From: a virus
Reading direction: 5' to 3' (one strand)
Virus record (IMG/VR): IMGVR_UViG_3300007770_000007
Location: 13,336-77,335 of that record
DNA length: 64,000 bases
Below the pieces are notes generated by a model. It saw only the letters and a list, made by a program, of their open reading frames with translations. It ran no database searches and was not told the origin of the DNA. Below, piece by piece: positions 37,981-47,588 of the stretch (the first letter of the stretch is position 1; each line of letters opens with the position of its first letter). Both the position numbers and the translations under genes were made by a program.

Positions 37981-38229
37981 ATGACAGAGCCGCAGACGCA
38001 CTACCGCACAAGCGACTTGTACTTTGCTGCGTATCTGAAAGTGGCTGCGGTCCCCTTTGTGGACACCTTTCGCGATGGCGGGCGCGTCTATTTCTTGTTC
38101 GAGGACCAGGGGTCTTCGATCATGCGGGAGTTGAAGCGTCAGTATTTCGCTGACGTGGCGAAGGTTCCCGCCATGTCTTTTGTGCAGGCGATTCGGCTGA
38201 TGAAGTCCATGACTTATGCCGACCGTTAG
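37981..38229 (+). CDS. DUF5659-like small protein
   Basis: MTEPQTHYRTSDLYFAAYL…GRVYFLF. Confidence 0.6.
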   Translation: MTEPQTHYRTSDLYFAAYLKVAAVPFVDTFRDGGRVYFLFEDQGSSIMRELKRQYFADVAKVPAMSFVQAIRLMKSMTYADR

Positions 38230-38263
38230 TTCCCTTATGGTTTGAGAATAGCGGAGGTTCGAC

Positions 38264-39157
38264 ATGGGCGTTGTATTCACACCAGGAGAAACCCTTGGTA
38301 GGAATGACCTCGACATCTTCTTGTCGAACTCTGCGGGCAATCCTACCAACGCCTTCGCTATCTCCTACGCCCTCTACTATGTAGACCCGGCCACTTGCGC
38401 CGAGGTTCTCATCGGAAGTGCAGGGCGAACCCCTGTGAACCCCGCAGTGGGCGAATACTACGCAAGCCTCCAGATCCCCCCGAATGCCACGCCCGGAGAC
38501 TACCGTATCCGCTGGCTTTTCAGGGAAACGGCGGCGTCTCCTGAAGAGGGCGCGGTCCAAGAGTTTGGTGTGGTGGATGCCGCTGTGACCACTGCTTCGA
38601 TTTACACGGACTGCATCCAGGACCTCATCACCAAGATGCGGTTCATGACGAGGGATAACGACCCGGATCGCAACTACCGTTTCATGCCACCAGAGGGAGA
38701 GGGCACCGTTGGTTGCTACAATCAGGTGTTCGGGTACATCTGGACTGACGAGGAGTTCGTTCAGTACCTGGAAATCGCCCTCTGGAAGTGGAACATGCAC
38801 CCCCCAGAGACGGAAGAGCTTTCCACTCTGGATAAGCTGTGCGCCAACAAAGCGGTGTGGAAAGCGGCGATCCTTTGGGGAGCGTTGGTGAACGCTGCCC
38901 AAGCCTTGGCATACAACTGGGTCGCCAACGAGTTTGACTACTCGATTGGGGGAATCTCTCTGTCTATTGAGAAATCCTCCAAGTACGAGTCCCTGAAGCA
39001 GAACGCCGAAGAGCAGTGGGACAAACTCACTGAAGCAAAGGTGAGGACCACAAAGTACATGCGTGGCTTGGCGCAACCCCGGTTTGGGCGCGGCGTCCGT
39101 TCTGCTTTTGGCCCCTACGTTGGGAGAGGGGTTCTGTCTCCCCGGAACTTCATTTAG
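38264..39157 (+). CDS. Neck/head-tail adaptor-like protein
   Basis: N-terminal Ig-like segment; C-terminal adaptor-like helices, FDYSIGGISLSI. Confidence 0.6.
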   Translation: MGVVFTPGETLGRNDLDIFLSNSAGNPTNAFAISYALYYVDPATCAEVLIGSAGRTPVNPAVGEYYASLQIPPNATPGDYRIRWLFRETAASPEEGAVQEFGVVDAAVTTASIYTDCIQDLITKMRFMTRDNDPDRNYRFMPPEGEGTVGCYNQVFGYIWTDEEFVQYLEIALWKWNMHPPETEELSTLDKLCANKAVWKAAILWGALVNAAQALAYNWVANEFDYSIGGISLSIEKSSKYESLKQNAEEQWDKLTEAKVRTTKYMRGLAQPRFGRGVRSAFGPYVGRGVLSPRNFI

Positions 39158-39164
39158 GACCTTC

Positions 39165-39416
39165 ATGGCAGACGAACCCACCAACTCCAAACCCATCGAC
39201 CTCATTCTTCAAATCAAGGGCCTCTTGCCCGTTCTTGCTGCGGTAGCCGCCATTGTGGGGTTCTACTACACCACGGAACATCGTCTGACGCGCCTTGAAG
39301 ATGACCTATCGGAGATGAGGGAGCGCGTCACCGAGCTTCAGGGTGAAGTCTCCACTGTCCGATCAGACATCAACAAGGTTGAGAAGCGGTATCGCCGCAA
39401 CCGGGACGAGGATTAG
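39165..39416 (+). CDS. Small TM + coiled-coil protein
   Basis: LLPVLAAVAAIVGFYY followed by heptads. Confidence 0.55.
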   Translation: MADEPTNSKPIDLILQIKGLLPVLAAVAAIVGFYYTTEHRLTRLEDDLSEMRERVTELQGEVSTVRSDINKVEKRYRRNRDED

Positions 39417-39823
39417 TCCTCTTTGGCCGCCTCTTTGGCCAGCTTCTTGGCTTCCTTGGCGATTTCCATGTCCCTGTAGTGGTCACGCATCTCGGATAGC
39501 CCCGTCCGTACATCCTCTGCCACCTGTTCCAGCTTGGCGTTTGATTCCTGCATCTGGGTGGCTATGGCGTGTTTGCAGTCAGCCATCATGTCGTGGCATT
39601 CCTTGGCCTCTTTGCGGTAAGCCTCGATGACTGAATCATAACGAAGCCGCATCTTCTCGATACGCCCTTCGTGGCCGCCTTCAATCTCTTTTAGCTGGCT
39701 CTGGAAACCTTCAATCAACTTGTCGAGACGGCCCTGCATCTTCATATGCTGCCATATGAGAAACCCGGCGAAGATGCCTAACGCCCCGAAGTCGAGAAGT
39801 TGGCTGATGAAGGAGTCGGTCAT
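39413..39823 (-). CDS. TM + coiled-coil protein (BhlA/holin-like)
   Basis: LLDFGALGIFAGFLIW N-terminal TM helix. Confidence 0.45.
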   Translation of the reverse strand: MTDSFISQLLDFGALGIFAGFLIWQHMKMQGRLDKLIEGFQSQLKEIEGGHEGRIEKMRLRYDSVIEAYRKEAKECHDMMADCKHAIATQMQESNAKLEQVAEDVRTGLSEMRDHYRDMEIAKEAKKLAKEAAKED

Positions 39824-39918
39824 TAGGGTCTCGCTAAACGTAGTGTCTCACTAAACTGGGAGACACTATTGACACTCCATTGGCCTACCTCCTGCCCTCC
39901 CTCCTGGAAGGGTGATTC

Positions 39919-40281
39919 CTATGTAGGGGAGGGGGGAGAATCCCCCTTTTTGGGGTCATCCGGGGGCTTCATCAGCTTTGACGCCGTGCCTTCAGGGGGA
40001 AGTCTGGAGGCTATGAGTTCGGGCAGTGTCAGGGAGCCAAGTGCGCTGGTCACTTCATTGAAAGCCCTTTTGTAGTCTGGCTCGAACCGTAGTTCTGTTT
40101 TCCCCTCGTGTCCGTGGATGGATTGGATGTCTCCGATACTGTCGTATAGGTTCACAGAGGGGTGTTCGGACGACCAGAACAAGGCCACTCGACCGTTGTC
40201 GGCCACGAAGCCTTGCGCGATTCGGCCTGTACCGCTCACCCCCGACTCGTCCTCCAAGCGGTGTAGATAAAAAACCTTCAA
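39919..40281 (-). CDS. Phage hypothetical protein
   Basis: FYLHRLEDESGVSGTGRIAQG…GRVALFW; GGAGG RBS. Confidence 0.65.
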   Translation of the reverse strand: MKVFYLHRLEDESGVSGTGRIAQGFVADNGRVALFWSSEHPSVNLYDSIGDIQSIHGHEGKTELRFEPDYKRAFNEVTSALGSLTLPELIASRLPPEGTASKLMKPPDDPKKGDSPPSPT

Positions 40282-40328
40282 GGGAATCCTCCCGATTCAT
40301 CGTTCGTAAAGCATTGTAGATAGGGAGG

Positions 40329-40559
40329 TCACCGTTTCAGGAAGCTCGCTGCGGTAGCCCATCCTTTGGAGGTCAGCCGCCTGGGTTCCCGCTTGGTCAC
40401 CCAGCCCTTGTTTATGGCGTGTTGCGTGTAGGGTTCGTCGGCACCCCCGATAACCGGGTGCATTGCGGGCGTCGTGCTTCTGATAAGAGCGTCCCCCCAC
40501 TTCACCAAAAGGGACCTTGTGTACTGGTCAATGAAGTTTTCTTCTGCCTTGGTACGCAT
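40329..40559 (-). CDS. Small hypothetical (winged-helix-like) protein
   Basis: AAGGAG RBS; KGWV…RLTSKGW. Confidence 0.55.
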   Translation of the reverse strand: MRTKAEENFIDQYTRSLLVKWGDALIRSTTPAMHPVIGGADEPYTQHAINKGWVTKREPRRLTSKGWATAASFLKR

Positions 40560-40642
40560 CGTCTCTCCTTGTGCGCGGTAACGTCCTTATCCCCGCTGAA
40601 TGATGTTAGGCGGGAAGCATCTCATGCAGGAGGATTCACAGC

Positions 40643-40942
40643 ATGGCAAAGCAGAGTACCCGCAAGAAGACCACGAAGACCGAGGCTCCCGAGGAGGGGG
40701 TTCTGGGAGATGTCTCTCCCCAGGTTCTTCATGGAGTTACAGCCCTTCGAGGCCAAACCAACAACCTCCTTACGGAAGTCGGACGTGTTGAAGTCCACAA
40801 GGACCGGCTTCTCAAGGAGATTTACCGCCTTGATGATGAGGCAACCCGTCTGCTCCAGCAAGAGGCAAAGCGGTTGGAGATCCCCGACGGGACTCCTTGG
40901 CGCATGACTCCTGAAGGAAAGGCTATGGTTGTAAAGGAGTAA
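40643..40942 (+). CDS. Small coiled-coil protein (fibre-chaperone-like)
   Basis: AGGAGG RBS; class B motif upstream. Confidence 0.6.
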   Translation: MAKQSTRKKTTKTEAPEEGVLGDVSPQVLHGVTALRGQTNNLLTEVGRVEVHKDRLLKEIYRLDDEATRLLQQEAKRLEIPDGTPWRMTPEGKAMVVKE

Positions 40943-40945
40943 GGT

Positions 40946-43084
40946 ATGGCGGCTGGCTGGGATCCAGCATCGGGTGAGTTTCCGTGGCCTCCCATGAACG
41001 GTACGGCGATGTCGGCCTTCACGGGTACGGATACCGATCTCCGTTGGGACGACCCTTCGGAGATCAGCACCGGCCCAGCCACGCCTACTACACGGGCTAC
41101 CGTGTCCGTTGCAGTCACAGGAACCCCCGCTGTCCTGACGGCAGCTACGGGTTCCATTGTGGTGTCTGGCTCCGTCACAGCGGGTGCGACCTTCTCTATT
41201 GCGGGGTACGTCGTCACGTCGGTGGCGGGTGCGCCCACAGCAGCCGATGAGTTCGACGGGTCTTCTGCGGACCCTGCCGTGGTTGCTGCCAACATCGCAA
41301 CAGCCATCAACACCGGAACGATAGGCGGCTGGGGCATTGTTGATGCTGTGGCTACCGGAGGGACCGTGGATCTGACTGCGGTGACTCCGGGTTCCGCAGG
41401 CAACGCAATCGACCTCTGGACTGGATCAAGCCTGTTCGGGATTTCTGGAGCCGCCCTCTGCGGAGGGGCTGAAGCAGCCACACTCACTATCGGGGATCAA
41501 GTTCTCACGGCTTCCTCTGATTCCAGGACGGTGGGAGGCATGGATTTCCAGGTCGGACCCAGCAACTTCGACACTGCCACTTCTATTGCCGATGCCATCA
41601 ATGATTCAGCCAACAACCTGGGGTTTGTGACGGCTTCTTTGGAGGGCAGCACTGATGAACTGCACCACCATTTCGGGGCCAGCGTAACCATCTCTGCTTT
41701 CCAGGACGGTTATCTGGGCGACGGCATCCAGATCGCCACGACCTCCAGTGCGTTTACCCTCTCTGATTCACAGACTACGGGAGGAAGCGGCACGCCGTGT
41801 CCTGGTAAGTCCAACACTATGTGGACCATTATCGGAGTGAACGTGTATCGCTCTGATACTGGGGAGAGAGGTCCTTACTTTAGAGTCAACCGAGTCCCGG
41901 TAGGCACTAACTTTTTTCGGGACCGTGCTGACCGCGTTGAAGTTTCCAATGAGGTTGTGTCGTGGGACGCCTCCTGGATTTACAAAGGGGACGCCCCAAA
42001 CGGGGTTCTCTGGCGTCTGACTACGAGGCAGACACCTATCGTGAAGGGTTCCGGTCCCTACCTTCCCGCAGACTCCCCCACCGACGTGACCGTTTATGTA
42101 GATGGCCGTCTGGCTCCGGTCGGACAGGTCTTTGGGCCTACCGGAGAGATTGACCTCGTTACAGCCAGCACTTGGGATGTCACCACTGAATCATGGGTGA
42201 GGCCCCCATTGCCCAAAGCAGATGGAACCTCTTCGGTGGTGGTGTCGTACACCTGGGGTCGCCGTGATTTGGTGGGGGACCTCGACAAGAAGGCCAAGGT
42301 TTTTTACCGGGTCACCACGGTCGCGGTGGACCCTTCAGGGGAAAGCCCTTCGGGTCTTGTAGAAACCCCTTTGGGGTACTCCGAACCCATCTCCCCTATG
42401 AACAGCGAGAAGCTGGACTACATCTGGAAAGAGGCGATTCGGAGGAATCGTTGGATTCTGGAGCAGGGCGGCGAGCGCGTGAAGCTGTTTATTCGCCGTG
42501 TAAGTGGGACAGCCTGCCGATGTTCGTGGGACCCTCGGTTGTTGGAGTACACAGAACAACCCCTGAACACTTGTGAAACCTGCTTCGGCACTGGCTACGA
42601 GGGAGGGTACGAGGGGCCGATTGATCTCATCATCGGGCCTGATGATGCGGAGCGTAGAGTGACCCAGACCGCTAATGGGCGCAGGCTTGAGCACAACTAT
42701 GAGGTTTGGACAGGCCCCAGCCCGATGATGTCGCAGCGGGATTTCATCGTGAAGCAGAACGGGGAGCGGTACTCAATCGGTCCAGTTCGTAGAACTGGAG
42801 TGCGGGGTGTCATTCTTCAACAGGCTTTTCAGATCGGATACCTGGATACCGGAGATATTCGATACAAGGTTCCTCTTGTCGGGCTGGAGGAGCTTACATG
42901 GCCCGAGACTCGCTACACGCGGCCAGAAGAAGCCCCTTGCGAGGACGCTCAACCGTACCCTGTCGGATTTGACTACCAAGCCACTCCAATGGGAACCGAA
43001 GTCCCGAAGATTGAGGATGGCCGTGAGCAACGAGGCCGCACCCCCGTGTGGGCCAACATCACCTACGGCGGTAAAGGATCCTGA
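40946..43084 (+). CDS. Neck/head-completion-like protein with N-terminal sheath-like beta repeats
   Basis: C-terminal GGERVKLF…C.C…C..CFGTGY.GGY…RDFIV…GERY. Confidence 0.6.
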   Translation: MAAGWDPASGEFPWPPMNGTAMSAFTGTDTDLRWDDPSEISTGPATPTTRATVSVAVTGTPAVLTAATGSIVVSGSVTAGATFSIAGYVVTSVAGAPTAADEFDGSSADPAVVAANIATAINTGTIGGWGIVDAVATGGTVDLTAVTPGSAGNAIDLWTGSSLFGISGAALCGGAEAATLTIGDQVLTASSDSRTVGGMDFQVGPSNFDTATSIADAINDSANNLGFVTASLEGSTDELHHHFGASVTISAFQDGYLGDGIQIATTSSAFTLSDSQTTGGSGTPCPGKSNTMWTIIGVNVYRSDTGERGPYFRVNRVPVGTNFFRDRADRVEVSNEVVSWDASWIYKGDAPNGVLWRLTTRQTPIVKGSGPYLPADSPTDVTVYVDGRLAPVGQVFGPTGEIDLVTASTWDVTTESWVRPPLPKADGTSSVVVSYTWGRRDLVGDLDKKAKVFYRVTTVAVDPSGESPSGLVETPLGYSEPISPMNSEKLDYIWKEAIRRNRWILEQGGERVKLFIRRVSGTACRCSWDPRLLEYTEQPLNTCETCFGTGYEGGYEGPIDLIIGPDDAERRVTQTANGRRLEHNYEVWTGPSPMMSQRDFIVKQNGERYSIGPVRRTGVRGVILQQAFQIGYLDTGDIRYKVPLVGLEELTWPETRYTRPEEAPCEDAQPYPVGFDYQATPMGTEVPKIEDGREQRGRTPVWANITYGGKGS

Positions 43085-43401
43085 TGGCCCGTTGTGGACG
43101 ATGCGGGCTATGGAATAAGTACCCGGACAGCCACCCGGAGAAGAAGTACGCTGGGGTCTGTATGTGGTATCAGATTCGCCTTGCCGACCATGATGTTTGG
43201 GAAGAACGGGAGTGTAAGGATTTCTTCGAGCGGATTCCGGGCCTGCACCCTTTCGACCATTTCAAGTACAAGATTCAGCGCGACAACCTGGGCGAAGCCT
43301 ATGAGCACGCACGACGAGCAAAGGCTATCTCATACGTCAGCATTTTCCTTTCCATCTCTGGGTTTGCTTTGGGCCTCTACAAAGCCTTTTGGGGGTCTTG
43401 A
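43084..43401 (+). CDS. Cys-rich small membrane protein
   Basis: CGRC…C…C plus C-terminal TM. Confidence 0.55.
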   Translation: MARCGRCGLWNKYPDSHPEKKYAGVCMWYQIRLADHDVWEERECKDFFERIPGLHPFDHFKYKIQRDNLGEAYEHARRAKAISYVSIFLSISGFALGLYKAFWGS

Positions 43402-43982
43402 TGGCAAGGTTGAAGGGCGTGTATGGAAAGCCTTGGAGCAAGCTGGTCGGGGAGAAGGTTGACCTCACCCCGGAGGTGATGAATCAGGTCGGTGTCATCA
43501 TCCTGGATAGCGTGAAGTCCGAGATCATCAAAGCAGCGGCTATGGCCCGAGGCGTTCGAGGGCGTGGGGAGCCGGTGCCCATCCCCAACACCAACGAGTT
43601 CAAGGATTCTTTCGAGTATTCCTTACGCGGCGCTCGCACCATCGAGATTTCGTCTGACTGGCCTTACGCGGAGGTGTGGGAGGAAGGAAAAGATCCCTAC
43701 CCTATGACATGGCTTACTGGCCGTGCTGCTGGAGCGGAACCGTTCCCCCAGCGTCCGGGTAAGGTGCAGTCGAGTAAGTACGCGGTGCCCATTGTCACCG
43801 CTACAGGAAAGGTGATTATTCGGTACGCCCCATTCACTACCCAAGATGCTTGGATCCATCCCGGTTTCGCCCGGTATGGGTTCCTCCAGAAAGGAATCAA
43901 GAAGGGAAGGTTGAAGGCAGCCGAGTACATCATCAAAGCAGCCGTTATCCCCCTTTTAGAACAATCGGACCCGTTGCTATGA
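43401..43982 (+). CDS. Putative virion morphogenesis/neck protein
   Basis: Position; WIHPG…FLQKGI C-terminus. Confidence 0.5.
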   Translation: MARLKGVYGKPWSKLVGEKVDLTPEVMNQVGVIILDSVKSEIIKAAAMARGVRGRGEPVPIPNTNEFKDSFEYSLRGARTIEISSDWPYAEVWEEGKDPYPMTWLTGRAAGAEPFPQRPGKVQSSKYAVPIVTATGKVIIRYAPFTTQDAWIHPGFARYGFLQKGIKKGRLKAAEYIIKAAVIPLLEQSDPLL

Positions 43983-44668
43983 CTTTGGAAGCCCGGATTG
44001 AGTCCCCACAGCCTGTCTATATTCAAGACTTGGGTGTGTGGGTTCGTCCAGGAACCCACACCTGGGTTCCCAAAGAGAAGGCCGATTCTTCCGCTTGCTT
44101 GGCTCAACTCATCCGTCTTGGGAAGGTGAGGGTATCGTTCAGAAAGAGGTGTAAGGTGTCCAAGGATCCCCCCAGACGACCACCAGCCATAGCTGGTGCG
44201 TTGAGCAGGCCCCGAAAGGCAGGGCTTCAGAAGCCTTTCGGCAAGCAGCAGCAAATCCAACAAGCTGCAAAAGAGGCGGGCATGACACCAGAACAGGTGG
44301 CAGACCTCGTCCAACAAGCCGCAGCAGCAGCCGCACAACAAGCCGCAGCAGCCGTTGTCGGGCAACTGAACACGGCTCCTGGAATCGCAGAGGTAGAGGA
44401 ACGCCTCCAGAGGACTATCGAAAACGCTCTCCAAAGCAGACCGGCTTCGCAAGGAGGCGGCTCGAACGCTGCTGGCCCACGCTCCGCTGGTCCTGATGAA
44501 CCCGTTTACATTCCCACGGGTATCGTTAGGGACGATTTGGACTCTGAAGTCCAAGTGCAGGCGTCAGAGTCCCAGTCCGGTGGATTGGATGCTGCTAACG
44601 AAGCCCTCCGGGCTTTGAGGCGTCGAAAAACACAAGAAGCGATGCGCGGCATCAAGAGTGAAGATTAG
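43979..44668 (+). CDS. Hypothetical protein with Gln/Ala-rich linker
   Basis: ATGA overlap with the previous gene; directly upstream of the actin-like gene. Confidence 0.6.
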   Translation: MTLEARIESPQPVYIQDLGVWVRPGTHTWVPKEKADSSACLAQLIRLGKVRVSFRKRCKVSKDPPRRPPAIAGALSRPRKAGLQKPFGKQQQIQQAAKEAGMTPEQVADLVQQAAAAAAQQAAAAVVGQLNTAPGIAEVEERLQRTIENALQSRPASQGGGSNAAGPRSAGPDEPVYIPTGIVRDDLDSEVQVQASESQSGGLDAANEALRALRRRKTQEAMRGIKSED

Positions 44669-44676
44669 GAGCTTTC

Positions 44677-45687
44677 ATGGCAACGAAGAAAACATTGGGT
44701 GTTGGTCTTGATGTCGGGACGATGAATCTGGTTTCTGCACGGCGAAAAGGCGGGGACAAGGTTGAGACTTCTCGGATGCGCGATGCTTTCCTGGACCTGG
44801 AATCAGGGGCCAAGAAGATGCTCAAACTTTCCGGTGTGAACTTCATCGACCGTGGGGAGGACGAAGGCATCATCGTTGTAGGTGACGCCGCCCTCGATAT
44901 GGCCAACGTGTTCGGGCGGGAAGCACGCCGCCCTCTTTCGCAAGGACTGATTGCAGCCGGGGAGAACGAGGCCCTCGATGTTTTGGGTGTCTTGGTCAAG
45001 AATGTCTTGGGCGAGCCTGCTGAAAAGAACGAGGTGTGTTTCTTCTCGGTCCCGGCAGCCCCCGTAGACGAGCAGCGTGATGTAGTTTATCACCGGGGTG
45101 TGTTTGAGCGCATTGTGACCGAGTGTGGGTTCGAGGCCGTTGCAAGCAACGAGGCTATGGCTATCATCTTCGCGGAGACTGCAAAGGAAGGCTTCTCGGG
45201 CCTCGGAATCAGCTTCGGTTCGGGAATGTGCAACCTTGCTTTGGCGATCAACGGTATCGAGGGGCTGTCTTTTTCCGTAGCCCGAGGCGGGGATTGGATT
45301 GATGAGGGAGCGGCCCGCGCAGTGGGTTCTACAAGGTCCCGCATCTGCGCTCTCAAGGAGAAGGGTATTGACCTGCTGAACCCGGAAGGCCGGGAGCAAG
45401 AAGCCATCGCTCTCTACTACAAGAGCCTGATTGAGTATTGCATCGACCAGACGGCCCGCGAGTTTGCCCGGATCAAGGATCGGTTCTCGCTGCCTTCAGC
45501 AATCCCTATCGTTGTCTCTGGCGGCACAAGCCTTGCCGAGAACTTCCTCCCTTTCTTCGAGAAGGTCTTCGAGCGGAAGCGTAAGCGTTTCCCAATCGAA
45601 GTCAGTGAGATTCGCCAAGCTGCGGATCCTCTCAACGCCGTTGCCCGTGGGCTTCTGATTCAGGCAATGCAGGAATACGAAGAGTGA
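44677..45687 (+). CDS. Actin-family (MreB/MamK/ParM-like) ATPase
   Basis: Phosphate-1 GLDVGTMN, connect-1 NEAMA, phosphate-2 ISFGSGMCN, adenosine VVSGGTS, connect-2 DPLNAVARG. Confidence 0.85.
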   Translation: MATKKTLGVGLDVGTMNLVSARRKGGDKVETSRMRDAFLDLESGAKKMLKLSGVNFIDRGEDEGIIVVGDAALDMANVFGREARRPLSQGLIAAGENEALDVLGVLVKNVLGEPAEKNEVCFFSVPAAPVDEQRDVVYHRGVFERIVTECGFEAVASNEAMAIIFAETAKEGFSGLGISFGSGMCNLALAINGIEGLSFSVARGGDWIDEGAARAVGSTRSRICALKEKGIDLLNPEGREQEAIALYYKSLIEYCIDQTAREFARIKDRFSLPSAIPIVVSGGTSLAENFLPFFEKVFERKRKRFPIEVSEIRQAADPLNAVARGLLIQAMQEYEE

Positions 45688-45968
45688 AACCACCCTGTGG
45701 TGTATCTGACATCAGAGCGAGCAGAGTCCGGGAAGGGGATCTTGTGCTCGTTGAGCTTTATGAGTGCTGCGATCTTGAAGAGATGGACGAGTTGCGCGAC
45801 TCGTTTGATGACCTCGCCCATGAAACGGGGGCAGCTTTTCTGGTTGTTCCCGAAAACTTGATCAAGAACATCAAGTCGATGAGCCTTTCGGAGATGGTCA
45901 CTCTCCAGACAGCCCTCGAAGAGCAGATAGAATCACAGGTACAGAGGGATACTATCGGAGAGGGGTAG
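45684..45968 (+). CDS. Hypothetical protein
   Basis: GTGA overlap with the actin-like gene. Confidence 0.55.
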   Translation: MKPPCGVSDIRASRVREGDLVLVELYECCDLEEMDELRDSFDDLAHETGAAFLVVPENLIKNIKSMSLSEMVTLQTALEEQIESQVQRDTIGEG

Positions 45969-46014
45969 ACGACCTGCACCAAAGGCGCAGGCCGACTACC
46001 GGAGGGTAAGAACC

Positions 46015-46221
46015 CTACTCTTCGCCAGAGTCGCCGCTCTCACCGGAGTCGCCGCTCTCGCCAGAGTCTCCAGACTCACCAGAGTCGCCGGAATCTCCAG
46101 CTTCCCCAGAATCTTCGGAACCAGAGTCAGAGTCGAGGCTACCGGAGTCGCCGGTATCCTCGTCCTTCCCACCACAAGCGATGAGGAAGGACACGAACAG
46201 GAAGTACATAAGGTTTTTCAT
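46015..46221 (-). CDS. Small lipoprotein with (GDSGES)n tail
   Basis: MKNLMYFLFVSFLIA-C lipobox; Gly/Asp/Ser/Glu repeats; GGAG RBS. Confidence 0.75.
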   Translation of the reverse strand: MKNLMYFLFVSFLIACGGKDEDTGDSGSLDSDSGSEDSGEAGDSGDSGESGDSGESGDSGESGDSGEE

Positions 46222-46259
46222 TTGGTCTCCTCGGGCATTGCCCATAGACACGACCCGCT

Positions 46260-46297
46260 ATCAGCGGTCTACCGAAGATGGTTGGTAGGGTGCCTAT
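46260..46297. promoter_or_regulatory. Divergent pair of class B motifs
   Basis: Minus 46260-46274 cggta-gaccgct-gat; plus 46283-46297 tggta-gggtgcc-tat. Confidence 0.7.
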
Positions 46298-46321
46298 CCA
46301 TCACGGAAGGTTGGAGGTCCC

Positions 46322-47551
46322 TTGTTTGTCAATCTCACAGAAGGAATCAGACGCAGGCTTCTCCAGGAGTTGCGTGAGTTCTGGTCCTACAATGCCAAGT
46401 ACAGAGACTCCCTGGTTCCCAACATCCAGGGGAAGTTCTCTTTCAAGGAAAGGCCACAGCAAGCAATCATCCTCAAGAATGCGTCGGCCAACCCGATGCA
46501 GCTTTCGGCTGACAACTACCAAGGCACGGTAGTCTCCTATTGCCATCTGACAGGGGTTTTCGACCAACCCGGATTGGCTATCGAGTGGGTTCGTGAAGAC
46601 GGCAGGGCCATCCGGGATAACGACGGGGTGTTTCCCTCTCCCCCCGGCATTTACTTCATCGAGATCCGAAAAGAAGAGGCCACTTTCCGTGGGGTGGTTG
46701 GCGAACATTTCGTGTTCTATGTAGACCCTCTCCTGGAAGTCTACGATGAAACACCCTCACCATTAGGCCCTCGGTTGTATGAGGTGTCGTCCCAAGCCTT
46801 CCATGCTGGCTCCCTGCGCGTGTTTGAGATGCCGGGAAGCCTTCCCCTGTATGAAGGCATCAACTACACCGCAGACGCAGCCACAGGCCAAATCACGCTC
46901 GCGGCTCCCTTGCGGAGAGGAACCTACCTCTCTGTGGATTATCGGTACGCGGGGACCACCGCAGGACCGTTTATCGCCCCCAGCAACATGTCAGACAATC
47001 AAGCGATTCCTGGAGTGGTGTTGGCGTTTGGCCGTAGCATCCAGGAGAACGACATTATGGCTGTGGTTGTCTCCTCACAGCGGGAAGATGCTGCCCTTGA
47101 GTATGGCGGCAGGTGGGAGATGAACCTTGATTTGGACATCATGGCAAGGGATGTCCACTCCCAAGCTGAAATCACTGACCGCACGGTGATGTATTTGCAC
47201 GGCATCCTTCGTAACCGCCTGTCTTCTGAAGGCATTGAAATCCAGACTGTCTCGATGGGCGGGGAAGCGGAGGAGGTCTACGATGAAACAGGTGATGACT
47301 ATTTCTATACGGCAAGCGTATCAGTGTCCCTGCTGACTGATTGGGCAATCCACGTTCCATTGGACCGTGCCCTGAGTAGGGTGATTCAGACCAGCGTGGA
47401 TAACGCTCAAGCCATGTCCGGGGTTTCCGACGACGACCTTGCTGAAGCAGGTTCGCCCAATGATTTGAAGTTGGTGCAGGACCTTCAGTTGGTGTCGTTG
47501 AGGGATCCCTGGTTCAAGGACCGGACGCGGGACTACGCTCTGATTCGGTAG
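46322..47551 (+). CDS. Tail completion/terminator-like structural protein
   Basis: Position; YTADAATGQITL…VDYRY; EYGGRWEMNLDLDI. Confidence 0.5.
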   Translation: MFVNLTEGIRRRLLQELREFWSYNAKYRDSLVPNIQGKFSFKERPQQAIILKNASANPMQLSADNYQGTVVSYCHLTGVFDQPGLAIEWVREDGRAIRDNDGVFPSPPGIYFIEIRKEEATFRGVVGEHFVFYVDPLLEVYDETPSPLGPRLYEVSSQAFHAGSLRVFEMPGSLPLYEGINYTADAATGQITLAAPLRRGTYLSVDYRYAGTTAGPFIAPSNMSDNQAIPGVVLAFGRSIQENDIMAVVVSSQREDAALEYGGRWEMNLDLDIMARDVHSQAEITDRTVMYLHGILRNRLSSEGIEIQTVSMGGEAEEVYDETGDDYFYTASVSVSLLTDWAIHVPLDRALSRVIQTSVDNAQAMSGVSDDDLAEAGSPNDLKLVQDLQLVSLRDPWFKDRTRDYALIR

Positions 47552-47588
47552 GTTCGCCTGCCACCAACTAAAAAGATCGGGAGAAACG

